Assembly: GCA_040954595.2 (NCBI GenBank)
Contig: CM082595.2
Span: 6,350,137-6,414,136 of the forward strand
DNA: 64,000 nt
From: Balanoglossus misakiensis
Lineage: Eukaryota > Animalia > Hemichordata
Reading direction: 5' to 3'
The notes beneath the pieces are model-generated. The model was not told the DNA's origin. It saw nothing but the letters and a program-made list of their open reading frames with translations, and did no database searches. Positions within the stretch are counted from its first letter, which is position 1; each line of letters begins with the position of its first letter. Of the stretch, positions 14,601 through 27,308 are shown one piece after another. Both the position numbers and the translations under genes were made by a program.

Positions 14601-17078
14601 GACATTTCAAATCTTGTTACATCACAGTGGTTGTCTGATGTCAATTTTAGCTGAACAGAATGCAGGCTAGATGGCATTTCTTGGTGTTCACGTCAGTAGC
14701 ATCACATTTCTCACATCTTGGGTGTTTACATCCATCAAGTAATTTAAGAAAATGTCTTCATCATTTTATTTCAGTTTGGTTATTTCCCAAATTAGACAGG
14801 CAAACATACACAGATAGACAGACAGGGAAGACAGGCAGGCATGCAGACAGACAGACATTGAGACAGTCACTGACTGCAGACACTCATAGTGGGCGTTTGT
14901 CTTAATTTGCATACTGGTAGGTGCATGTATGTGCTCTTCAACATGTACTGGGAACTTAAAGTAGGAGTTTTTTGAATTTGCCCAGAGCTGTCGCCGAACA
15001 TAAGAGTGTTTAAGACGTAGTCGTGGGTATAGTAGATGTTATTTAGCGTAGTTACCAGACTCAACATCATAGTTGCCTTCAGCGAAGCGAAGGCGAGTGA
15101 TATAAAACCGCTTTCGATGGAACACGAATACCGACAGATAAACCTTTTCATAATGAGGGCCTTGGTTTTCCCCGGGGGGAGCGGGCCAAATTTTTTTTTC
15201 TGCCTCCAACAAAAAGGTAAAATGTTCAGAGGGATGGACATTAGGAACTCCGAATACCTCACAAAAAGCACGAATCTGGCTACTTGTTGGGGTTTAATTG
15301 CGACCATCCACCTTTCACTTGATATCCGGTTCCAGGCCGACGTTACAGGCAATTTTGGATATCCAACTTTAATTATGATGGCAGATGTTTAAGAAAACTG
15401 TTCCCCATACACAACATCCGCAAAATTATGCGTAATTGGTACTGGAAAGAATCACGACTCCGAACAAAGTACAAACCATGCGAGGTGACCTCAATTTCCC
15501 TCTTAATACGATGTGTAAACTTCTTGGGGGTATGTACGTGTAATGGTATAGTCAGCTGAGTTGGAATAATTGTCTTTACGCGATCTGGTTTTAGCAACTG
15601 GAAACGGTCACGCATTTACTGTACATGATTATGTTCTATATGATATACAAATCGCACACAAACAAATAAAATATTTATGTATTGTGCGGACAATACAGTT
15701 TGGAGTAAAAGTTTAATCTGTTTTAAATTTGAAATCCAAGGGATATTCGTTTCAACTCTTGGTTGAATAATTTATGGCACATCTGAGAAAACTTGCGGCA
15801 TTGTGACTAATGACTTCTGCTTTTTAATCAAGATACCATGATCATGCCAGTGATGCACCACAATAGACCAGGTCACCAAACAAAGAGATGTAAGATGTAC
15901 AAGTACATGAATTTCCTTCAATGCCGTCTCGCATGTCTTAGAAAGGTATCTGTTTTGCATGGTGCTATACTGACAGAAATTTAGCCAAGAAAAACCCAGA
16001 TTTTAAATTGTTACCACTCAACCATTTCAGATCATATCACAAAATAAAGTGCATAATTGTATTGTTTACAATGTATTTACAATGTAATTGTCACAGTGTA
16101 TTGTTTTTATCGCCATTAATGTATAACTGTTTAGTTCAGGAGCCTGACTTCACAGACCTTTTGTACAAAACCATATTCTATAGTGATGAAAAACAGGGTC
16201 TTGTGTGATAATTTGACTCTACTATGAGGCATGTTTGTTACATAATGATATAGAAGGAAGTGAGGGTGTTTATAGCAATATAGTTAGTATTGTTGCAACT
16301 GGCCATGTAAGCATGATCAAAGGAATTGGCTGTCATTTTGGATCGTATCGTTGAACATTGACATTTACATCCACCAACTGTGAACAGAAATGTTTCAGGC
16401 GTGCCCGACTAAGGGTCATAGAAAAATGAAAACACTGTAAAACACAGTGTTGGTTGTATCGGAAGCATCTTGTTTGTGCTGTATTAGTCGTAGTGACATA
16501 TTTTTTAAAGTATTTTTTTGCATGGTCACCTGTATGCGCTGTGATTATAATATGTCTCACTGTTATCTCTTATCTGTTTTTCTGCCTTCTGTACCAAGGC
16601 TAATGGTAGTTAAACGTCCACTGGCATGAGATTATGTCATTATGACCAACCTACCACCCACATTTATGGTCTTGTGCACTCTGAAATGTCTTTGGCCTTC
16701 AATGATTACAGTGACGTGCTATCTTTATTCCATTTACAATTATCAAAAGGGAAAAGTCATGGAAAATATCCAACCATTTAAACGTCTGATACTAAGGTTG
16801 ACATTTATACCAATCGCTTTTATTTAATAATGTATATCTTAATGTAATACAAAACACCTGAGCCATTGAGTTTTACTGTCGTAGTGAAGATATAATGAAT
16901 TATTGCTGCGTGGATGTAATTATAGTCTAAGCTTTGATGCTGGCCAGGGATCATCATGTTCCACATATATCTATTTCCCTCGCCGTACGCCCCCTGGCAC
17001 TTCTCACATCGAATAATCAAATATCACCACATATGGCTCCCATCTCCTAGTTTAACACTGCAATGCACTGTACTACAG

Positions 17079-17129
17079 TACACCACACCACACCACACCA
17101 CACTACACCACACCACACCACACCACACC
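17079..17129. repeat. (CACAC)n pentanucleotide repeat
   Basis: Read directly from the sequence. Confidence 0.85.
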
Positions 17130-18385
17130 GCAGGGGACCATGTGAGCATCACGGTTAACATAGCCAAACCGTTCCCAAAGCACCTTACATCTACATTCAA
17201 AAAGATAATACATATTTTATTCGTGCTTGCTTTTTATACTTACAAATACAAAGTCTGACCAAATTAATGCATTTACATTCTTCTTTTGGATACAACTTTC
17301 TTTCACTGTAGTAACACTATTTTTGATTTTACTCAACACAAATTAAACCTACAGCCAGGTATCATGGCAAACTGTGACAATAAATTAAGCTTTATATTAC
17401 AGCTGATATATACTGGCTGTGTATAAAGTTAGGTCACTTGCTGTGCATTTATATGTAGACAAATGCAGTAATCATTCATTGAGAGAACAGTTAATGCGTT
17501 ACTGGAAAAAAGGATTTGCTTTCATAAATTTAGCCGGGTTATAATGACCGGATAATCCGGATTCTTCCGGGACATCCCGTGAGGGCGTTGTCATTCGGCT
17601 AATAATCTTACTGCCTGTATCAGTCATATGTGGTTGATTATACGCACACTTCCAAATGTTCGATATCTTGGGGAGGTAGCTTATGTTCAGGCATCATGAC
17701 TTTAAGAGAAATATGTTTGCAGGGTATTTTATTTTAGATGTGTTATTTTTGTAAGAGCTTCTAAAATCGTTCTGCTTGGTTGCTTTCATTCATAGGAAAA
17801 GAATACACGCATATGGCAGTTATTTCAAAAAAAGAAAAATGTGCTGAACGAGGCGATGTGTATAAAATTTTCATGTAGAGTATGGCTTAAAATGCAAACT
17901 TCAATACTATAGTAATACCATTTAAATGTCAGGTGGACAGCTGAAGGGTGGAACGCGCCTCACTTGTCAAATGTCAACATCCGACTTCAGGAGTCGGTAT
18001 TTGGCCGGAGGAGAACGTCGAACTTTCAGTTTGTCGCCAACGGCCAAATCTTACTTGCTCGATATTTACTCTGGAAAAATTAGATGACCTGTTTTTCCCG
18101 CGTTCTATTTCAAGTAGCTGTGCTATTCGACGAAAATTTTGATTATGTTGTGCGTCGTTTCTCAAAAGATTATTCTTGCAGGTTGGAGTGGTATGATGTA
18201 TTCTAATATGAGTTCTCATTCACACTTGTTTAATTCCACTTATCAACGTTCGTGAAACAATGTCAGCGCTTGGCGACGTCAAATATGGCCGATTCATCAA
18301 TGGTTTCCCAGTCTCAGGTTATACATATATGTATATCTCAGTGTTGATGAACAGCTGGTCAGTTTTGAAGCCTTCCAACATTATA

Positions 18386-18547
18386 CAGTCAAACCTGTCT
18401 ATAGTGGTCAGTCAAGGGACTTTGCTAAACTGGCCTTTATAGACAGGTGGCCTTTATAGACAGGTCAATTAATGTACAGGTTAATTGCACAGGGACTGTA
18501 TAAAAGTGGCCACTATATAGAAGTGGCAAGTAACTCGGGAATGACTG
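18386..18547. mobile_element. Tc1/mariner-type MITE, copy 2
   Basis: TA|CAGTCA...TGACTG|TA. Shares sequence with the copy at 770-945 (both translate as NLSIVxSQGTxLNWPL). Confidence 0.75.
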
Positions 18548-20533
18548 TAGCTGCAATTATATAAAAATACCAATACCAATACTAACATTACATTGTTGAA
18601 ATGAAGTTGTGCAGTTATTAAACTCGAACATCCCATGAAATGAATACAATCATATACATTTGCTGCTCCTGGGGATTTAACCGAAATATAATACCATGGT
18701 GAAAGTATATTTGAACCACTAAAACAGTGCGATAAAATTCATCGTTCCTTCAATTCCACCCACATATGCACCATATTCACAGAGAATATTGACCTTTGAC
18801 CTGTTATAAATTGTAATTGCAATGAAAAGTGCACAGGTGCAGGAATGAATCTCTATTTTTGTTATTTATGTATTTTATGTGTTTATTTATTTGTTTAGAT
18901 TGATTGATTTATTCATTCATTTATTTCCTCTTTAAAGTCAAGATATTGCAGAAACATGTCATTCGCCCCTCCTCAGTTTTGAATTCAAGAAGCTTTCGGC
19001 AAATTGATCATCTGTATCCATAGCCCTGATAATTTTCAAATGAAATGATATACATTTCATCGTTACCTGAGAGCTTTCAGTAGATTGAAGACGACAGAGG
19101 AAAAAGGCAATCGCAAAATGTGTACTTTTCCTGTGATATAGGTAATCAAGTATCCCATCAGTGTTTAATTCTGTTTGTTACTAATATCGCCTGACAAGAT
19201 TAGAGATAAAAAGAAAACTGCATGACCCCCCAAGAGAGTAGTTATGACATCACCCCAACTGATTTCCCCCATCTTAACCTTCCCCGGCATTCGTTACAAC
19301 AACAAATAGTATCCCTTACTGCAGGCGTCAACGAGGAGCCGTGTGTTAGTTCTATGTGCGCGTTGTGAACGACCGCCATGGGAACCATTGTTTCCTGGCA
19401 TTAATCGAGTCGTCTAGGGTGGAATCTTCGTTTCAGCTCACACAGGCAGTTTTTTTCCTCTGAATGGCATCTCTGTTAACCACTTCGAGTGGCTGTACCT
19501 GGCCACAAGGTTAAAGGTATACAGTCACCTCCAATATACAAACGCCCATATATGGCTGAAATGAAGTATTTGAGGGTTCAGATGCTAGCACTCTTTTTTT
19601 TGCGTGTGCCACCCACAGAAAATCAGTGATTGGCCAGATCTCAAGTGTACCATGGTAACCGTAGCTAAATTTCCATAGGTGACCGTATACCTTTAATAGA
19701 CCATTTTACCGAACTCCACAAGACCTTGTGAAATCTCTCGTGTCTAGGCAGTTTATATGGGAGGACATTCTTATGTTGTCCTCGATAAACAACACTGTGG
19801 CCCACCGTGTTAAACGCACAGAAGTCAAATTGTTTGGGGTTAAACTCTGCGCCCATTTTAGTTTCATACAAAACTTGTATTAATCCACAGACTTAAACTA
19901 CTTGGCTAGCAACATGTTCTATGACGATTAGTCCAGTCTCGCGAGATCTCTCAATGCGAGATCATCTATTCAAGCAACCCCTATACTAATTTATTTCCGA
20001 AACCTTATGTCTGCGCTTCTGGAAAATTAGTCTTTAGGATGTCACCGTATTGAAGTTATTCGAGCCATCACAGATGCGATCGTATACGCTTTGTTGTCTA
20101 CGGTTTGCCAAAATTGCCGAGTTCGTACAAATCCCTGACTTTGAATGGGTCGGTGGACATTTTATCCTGTCGGGTAAGGATGCACGCACTCTGAAGGTTT
20201 ATTGCTTATTGCATCCATGTTAGGACTGAGAGATTGATTTTGGATTAGCAATGAATCTGAAATGTGAGTCGCATTGTAGTGGCAATGTGGTTGTCACAAG
20301 TGGCCTATGATACTTTTGCTGAGTAACCTTGACAGCGTCTATCCGAAAGGCACAAAGTTTGACAGATATTGTACATGTCATTCACGCCAAAATGACTAAA
20401 GCGATTGTCAATACATAAAGCCATTCCGTACTTGCATATCTGTACCAATGTTTACACCAGGCATCTCTGTCGTGGACTCATTACTGTACTTGCACTTATT
20501 GGGGCTCGATGAAACAATTACCAATGAATGTAC

Positions 20534-20772
20534 ATTCATTCATTCATTCATACATACATACATACATACATACATACATACATACATACATACATACATA
20601 CATACATACATACATACATACATACATACATACATACATACATACATACATACTTCATTACATACATACAAAGTACATACATACATACATACATACATAC
20701 ATACATACATACATTCATACATACATACATACATACATACATACATACATACATACATACATACATACATAC
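20534..20772. repeat. (CATT)n/(CATA)n microsatellite
   Basis: Read directly from the sequence. Confidence 0.95.
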
Positions 20773-21533
20773 AGCGATAATTCAATCCCCCCATCCCCAC
20801 TGTCAATTGAAAGTCTCCTTCAACAAAGATATTTTGTGTAGAGACATCTCTCCTCCTTCCCCAATCACCATAGTGACCGCAGGTATCAGCGTAGATTTAT
20901 GTCTACAGATATTCGGAAAGCGGTGTCAATTAAATGTCAGTCCGTGTGCTACCCATTAGGGAACATTCGCCCCCGAGCGAAAACATCAAAATTCACTTTT
21001 TAACGGTGAATCGCAGCCACAAGGTTAATCCACTAAGAACCACAAAGAGGCATTTCCTTTTCATCCAAGACCCATCATTTATGTTGGTGTTATACCCTCA
21101 ATTGTCGAGTATCAATTTCCTTGACTCTCTCATATACAACTAAGATAGATTAGGCATCATTCTATTTGATGCCCTAATATCATTAAGTTGGTTTGTTTTA
21201 CTTGCATGAGAAGATTGTCCATGATATGTATACTGAGAAATGCGTGGATCAGATAGTGATCGCATGTATGATGGCATTTCGCTTTATCATGTCCATGATG
21301 CGATCGGCTGACTCAGATGTTGGGTAATTTGCAGTATGAAGTTATTTCCAATTTAAAGCTATGTGCTTTGTACTTGTGAAAGAAGAGTTATATGATAAAT
21401 ATCTTTTAATCTAAAAAAAGAGAAATGTAATGCTTCTGTTAACATGCCATTCAAAATTAAGATATTGGAAACGATATATGGAATGTTGTGGGTGTGTGAT
21501 TTTGCACTTTAGGGGATTTTAATTGTAATAGTT

Positions 21534-21578
21534 ATCATCATCATCATCATCATCATGACCATTATTATCATCGTCGTC

Positions 21579-21625
<47 letters not shown>

Positions 21626-21640
21626 TATCATCATCATCAT
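21534..21640. repeat. (ATC)n microsatellite
   Basis: Read directly from the sequence. Confidence 0.95.
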
Positions 21641-23752
21641 AAGTTCAAAGTGTAGCACTTGAAATATGATATCCGGAATGTTTAATGTAAAACATGTCAA
21701 TCAACGACAGAATTTCCTTTGTAGATGACCTCATTAGAAATACTGCTTCTATGCCCTTTACAATTGTGACGTCTCAGCTATAATTTTCTCGCGAAACCTA
21801 AGAAGTTTTCTCTCTTGAAATCTACAAAACATGGCTGAATCTTCTTGTTCTTTCCATGGACATTTTATGTTACTTACTTACTACCAACTTTGGATGCCGA
21901 ATTCTTCAGCGATAGTGTGGTACACTTCCTTGGTGACGAAATTGTCTAGCCTCACGGCGTTTGGCTTAGATATTTGTTCCTATGAATTTATTTCAAAAAG
22001 TCCTGCTTGTGAAAGCACAAAAGTACAGTGTAAGGTGTCAGGAGTGTTAGTATACTGTATCTGCAAACTTGAACCAAATCCTTGTGTGGTGCTATCTGGT
22101 ACAGTGCTGTCGCTAGACAGAAAACATTCATCTTCTTCAGAAATACCCTGCAATGAAGTAGCTCATCCTTACACAGAAAGGTGTGAATCACACACCTAGA
22201 TGTGTCTTTATAGTTAATCACACCATCACTCAACTTTATCCACAGGATTAGGGACAAGTAATGATCTTGAAGAGCAATATTGGGATTGTGAATTATAAAA
22301 TCCTGCATTTTAGGCGATATCAGATAATCCCTGCCTGTTGATAATCCGTAATTTAATTAAAAGGAACTGCCACAAGGTTTTTTGTGATTTCACTATAGGC
22401 TCGAACATGTAAGAGGAACTACAGGGCGAGGTCTTCACTTTTGTCTTAAAGCAAATCACATCCATACCCTCATTGTATGCATTTCAGCATGCATGCATAT
22501 TTTGGTTGTCATTACTTGAAATAGGATGTTTAATTATGTTCGCGCACTATGGTGATTTTCTGATGATATTTATTTCTAATTAACAAACATAATGTATACA
22601 TAAACCAGCAGACAAATTATCATAAAAGAAAATATAAAGATTTGAAAAGGCAACTTCAAAGTTTTTTTTAAACTTCATGTACTGTACACTGAGAAATTTG
22701 GTTTCTTGTCATTCCATGCGCTAAAGTAAATAGTGTCTTTCTTTTCCAATGTGTTATTAATTACTTTACATTTGGTTCTCTTTTGGTCGTTTACTGCTGT
22801 TTGTATTTCTCATACATGTACATGTTTGTCTTATTCTCAACACTGTTAGAGAAGGTGTACTCTTATCTTCAATGTTCACATATTTTGAAATTCAGTTAGT
22901 TTTCGGTTTGGTTATAATTAACTGGAGGAATCCCAGAATTCAATCAATAACAAGTGGCCAGATGATTTGCATAATTAACGGAAAAAGAGAGATTATTGTC
23001 TCGTTTCTCTTTCTTGTAACAGGATCATTGCTTGTAAGCCTGGGGGAGTGCAATGACTAACTACACGGCAAGAGTCTGAAAACCTAATTTCATTGGATGT
23101 AACGAGAAACAGCCCGCTTGCCTCGGAGCAGTAAATAAAAATAATGATTATGTGGTCCCCTGGCAAACACCTGCACAAGTGTGCATTCGGGGGGAAATGT
23201 GTTTTATTTTGGTTTGCGTCGTGGTTTCCGGTGCGAGGAGTAGGAGTCATTTTTCACTAACTCGGTTGACATGAAACATATGTTGGTGCTGTTTGTAGGA
23301 GGAATGAAAATGAGTATTCACACGCAACATGTTTTCTGTTCTTGACCACTATGTAATATTGCAGCAGTCAGCCTTAAAAGTAGTACCAAAATTGAGAAGC
23401 GTACGCATAGTGTCAAAGCGTATTGATACATTAACAGTTGTGTGTGTGCAGGACGATTTGTCGCCTGCCAATTGATGCGGCCAAGTGTCGTAGTGCACTT
23501 TGACAGTACGTTTGCACCCAGAAAGCACCCTGATATTTTGACATTTATGTCACTGGTGACAGAGCTGTAAAAGCCCATGTAAAACAGAAAAATTGCAATT
23601 GTACATTTTTTACTTAGTATTAATTTCAAACTGAAGCTACTGCCATGTTGTTGTTATACTCACTGGGAGACTTTTGTCTGAATGGTTGTACACTTGCATA
23701 TGAAAAGAAATAAGTTAACCAAAATTGACAAACTTATTATTAAAATACCATA

Positions 23753-23852
23753 ATACATACATACATAGATACATAGATACATACATACATACCGGTACAT
23801 ACATACATACATACATACATACATACATACATACATACATACACACACACAC
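23753..23852. repeat. (CATA)n/(CA)n microsatellite just 3' of the gene A stop codon
   Basis: Read directly from the sequence. Confidence 0.9.
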
Positions 23853-24302
23853 AGAGTTAAATGCAGACATTGTTTGTTAGAGACAAATTTAAACTTCTGC
23901 AATGAAATTGTACACTTTAATCTATAAAAATGATATCGTTCACAAGTTAATCATGCATATTGAAAGAAAATCCACCCTAGACAAGATATATGCCACTTCC
24001 TAATATTCCCAGAAGTCCGTCCTGAAAGATTACTAGTGAGATAAAGGGGTTTCAAAACTATCTGTACAGCATTCACCAATACGTACAAATAACAAAAAGA
24101 AAATCAAAATCGATATCTGTCATAAGATTAACACATTTAAAACAGTTTAGATTAGACAGGATTGCTCTCAACTTGAACTTGCGAATGCAAGTCCTTTTGA
24201 TAAAAAATAGACGAAGTATTGTCTTCGAGTCACTATTAATTCGAAATTTAAAAGGTCATCGTCTCTGTAAAACTTCAATATGGCTTCCCATGTATCCCAG
24301 CA

Positions 24303-24352
24303 CTACCAGCAAATGTTCTTCCAGAAAAGTCGACACGCGTTTGGCGCTGGAC
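24303..24352 (-). CDS. Gene A coding exon 3: mature peptide (G)PAPNACRLFWKNICW-stop
   Basis: Acceptor ttttctctaacatttcag|GT with a ctaac branch-like motif. Phase 1 matches exon 2. Two Cys flank FWK, and TAG is at 24303-24305. The spliced CDS is 147+103+50=300 nt, giving 99 aa. Confidence 0.88.
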
Positions 24353-24966
24353 CTGAAATGTTAGAGAAAAATTTTTTGTTACATTTCAGGGGTCTGATAA
24401 AAATGTGGTACCACTGGCGTTGATAATGTTGAGGGCGATGCAGAAAATGATGTTGATTATCATCAACATCATCATCACATCCCTTATGACGCTGAAGAAA
24501 ACGTCAAACAGCATGATCTAAAACATCTAACATATGGTTGTTTTTCTGTACATGTTCACAACGTAAATGGAAACACCACCTGAAAGAAATCAGCAGTTGT
24601 CATTTTCTGCTGCACAAGTACACAGCACAGGTTGTCTTTTCAGCTTAGCCCTTACTAAAGGTTAATTGTTTATGTATCAAATTGCAATAATGTTGAGTGC
24701 TTTTCGTATTGTACCAATAAGTATATGGCACTGATGGACGCGAACACGATCAATTAAAACCCTTTACGACAAGTATACAGCAGTATACAGCCAAAAGAAG
24801 ATCTTGAAAATCTGGACAATTGTGTTGGATTTCTTCGTCGTGTCACGTATTTTTTATACGTTCGACAGAACCTACTCCTCCATTCACAGATGTATTGGCA
24901 CGTCACGGCAGCCGGGCTTGCGGAGGCCACAGTTGGCGTCATCGGCGGGGAAATGTTGACGTTTGC

Positions 24967-24974
24967 TGACGTCA
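24967..24974. promoter_or_regulatory. Full CRE (TGACGTCA) within a cluster of CRE-like half-sites in intron 2 of gene A
   Basis: Exact palindrome, with nearby CGTCA/TGACG half-sites at ~24900-24965 and TATAAAA on the minus strand at 24852-24858. Confidence 0.4.
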
Positions 24975-27205
24975 TTCGAAGCCACAGTTTCACGATGAAT
25001 GAAATGTTATTCCTTAAAGTGGACAGGGGAAAGCAACACGAATTTGGTGCCAATATCCGGCATTGGAACTTGAGTAAAGTGTATTCCTGTCGACATTCCG
25101 AGCAGTAGGAGCTTGGGAGGTTCTGTCTTGACTAGGTGTACATGAAAGATTCCGGCATTACCTTCCAAACAAATTTTCAGAAAACTTGAAGTCATCCAAT
25201 CCCAAATTCACATTTACGGAATATTTGATTTCAGAAAAGAAATCAGGATGCTTATTATGCAATTGACCATTTTAAAGACAGGGCCATGTATATAAGTTGA
25301 TTATGACCAACAGACCAAACAATTTAGCCTGTATTGTCTTCTTTGCGGGTAAATAAAAGCTTTGACACAACTCTTAAAGGGAAAAGATGCAAAATAGCTT
25401 AATGCACTTTACTGGTTGTTTGTTGTATTGAAAAATATCACAGCAAACATATCACATTTTAGTTTACGACTTGCTACATGCTGAAGGGCTACGAACAGCC
25501 GAGTCCTCTAACAGTCATTGCAGCATTATAAGAAAACACTTGAAGGCAGCCAACGTTGAGCTTCTCCTTCATAAACACACGTACAGTGCCGGAGTGGAAA
25601 TATTTTTTCACAGTACGCGGTAATAGCGTGCTATCGGGAAGGTTAAAATCCGGGTCATTTTAACTCATTTTAAAAATCTAGAATGCCCAAAAACAAAGCC
25701 ATTTAGAGAGTGGAATCATGTAATTAGATTATTGAATGATGAGTCTCGCCATTCCAAATCTTTTTGCACGATCGCCTGTGGCGGTTCATGCCTAGCAAAA
25801 AAATCATCGCTGTTAAGACTTTATTTTGCAATAATCGGTTTTTCTATGTAAGTGCTTGACAGGAAGGCCGTGTTTGGAATCGCTTAGAACAACAAACACG
25901 TCTTCTGCGAGACTCATTGATTATAATCGCATCATACCATACTTTGTGTTGTCTGGTTTTTGCTGTTCATGGCCGTATATGTTTGAAGCGTCGATCACCG
26001 GGCGGACATGCATGCGAATATGTAAAATGTTTGGAAAATTCGGATCTGGATAGCTTTGCATGAATTTTCGTAGTTATGAGGAATGTGTAGGTTGAACTGC
26101 CTGTTATTTGAAGCACGGAACTCTGATCAATAGGTTGTCAATAAAGAGCTTTCATGGAGATGTTCCAGTATAATACGTCTTGTCCTATTTTACTATTTTA
26201 GCAGGCGAGACTATATCTGCTTCCGTGCTTAAAATATGTTCCTCTTTGTAAGCTTCATCTATGGACCCATAATTTATTCGATATCCTTAGTGTAACATAC
26301 AGGAAACTGAACAAGCTTGCTTTAAATAGATATTATGCAAACACGGCAAATTTCCGAGCCGTCAGTAAAGTTGTCTTCCTTTGACGAAAAATACATGAGT
26401 AAATCTACTTGTAGCTTTATGACTTTGGGTACATTTATGGTGGTTTAAGCTATCTCTCCTTCCAATTGAAAATATAATACTAAGCAGGAGGTTCCAACAA
26501 ACGAGGGTTTAGAATCTGAACACAGCGACAGGGCTTGGACATCGGGGGGTAGCAATTTGGAATACTTTAATTTCAAGATTAACAAACACCCATGTACTAA
26601 TCATTTAATTAATGACTGTGAGGCTTGTTCATACAAATTGCCTTCATGCTTCTAGGTGAAATTTCTGAAAAAATAACCAAATTCAGTTTTTGGCTCCATC
26701 TTTCCGTCACTTCAAAATCATCACCCTGTAGTCACCAAAGCTTCGTGTTTAGTTTGTCTCGTCATGCTGAGCTCTTGGCGGCCCGAACGGCAGTATTCCA
26801 ACTCTACGATAAAACATTCACCCTTTAAGCTGAGAACTCGACTCGAGTCATGATCAGCTCACCTTGAAATATACATTAAATATTAGGAATTTTATGTTTC
26901 TCTTGTTATGGCGCCCTCCAGAACAAAAGTTTACATGTCAGTGATTCTTTTATTGTATGTGGGCCTATCTCGGGCGAGTTCCCAAGATGACGCCTACTTC
27001 TTTTTCGAGTGACGTCTGCAGTTTGGAAAATTAATAAGTGTGTCTAAATCAAGCGAAAAAAAATAGTTTCTGACCTTTAAGACTGATGAATACCCCCAAG
27101 TGAACTGTGACAATTAAATTTCCACACGAAACGCAAAGGTAGTGGCATTGAAATCATATAAAAATATCAACTGTCGATTTCCTCTCCCCTTTTATTGAGC
27201 CTTAC

Positions 27206-27308
27206 CTCTTTTTGAAGCGAATGGTTTTCTATCGACCAATGAATCATCTTCTGTTCGTCTGAAAATACTTGGCGGAAGAAATACTTTTCTGATAATTTCT
27301 TTGACAAC
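27206..27308 (-). CDS. Gene A coding exon 2: VVKEIIRKVFLPPSIFRRTEDDSLVDRKPFASKR(G)
   Basis: Strong acceptor ttctctttccatttccttcag|GTT, open in phase 0 (matching exon 1). Ends in the dibasic site AAA AGA G|GTAAGG (phase-1 donor). Confidence 0.85.

Noticed and set aside
21881-22147. Minus-strand protein-like reading GISEEDEC...EINS*EQISKPNAVRLDNFVTKEVYHTIAEEFGIQSW
   Set aside because: Has an in-frame TAG at 21980-21982, a weak internal acceptor, and no recognisable family or partner exons.
24386-24475. Signal-peptide-like mini-ORF MMMLMIINIIFCIALNIINASGTTFLSDP just upstream of gene A exon 3, which could in principle splice to the peptide exon
   Set aside because: Derives from ATC-rich low-complexity sequence and would need a weak GTACCA donor and a 59-nt intron.
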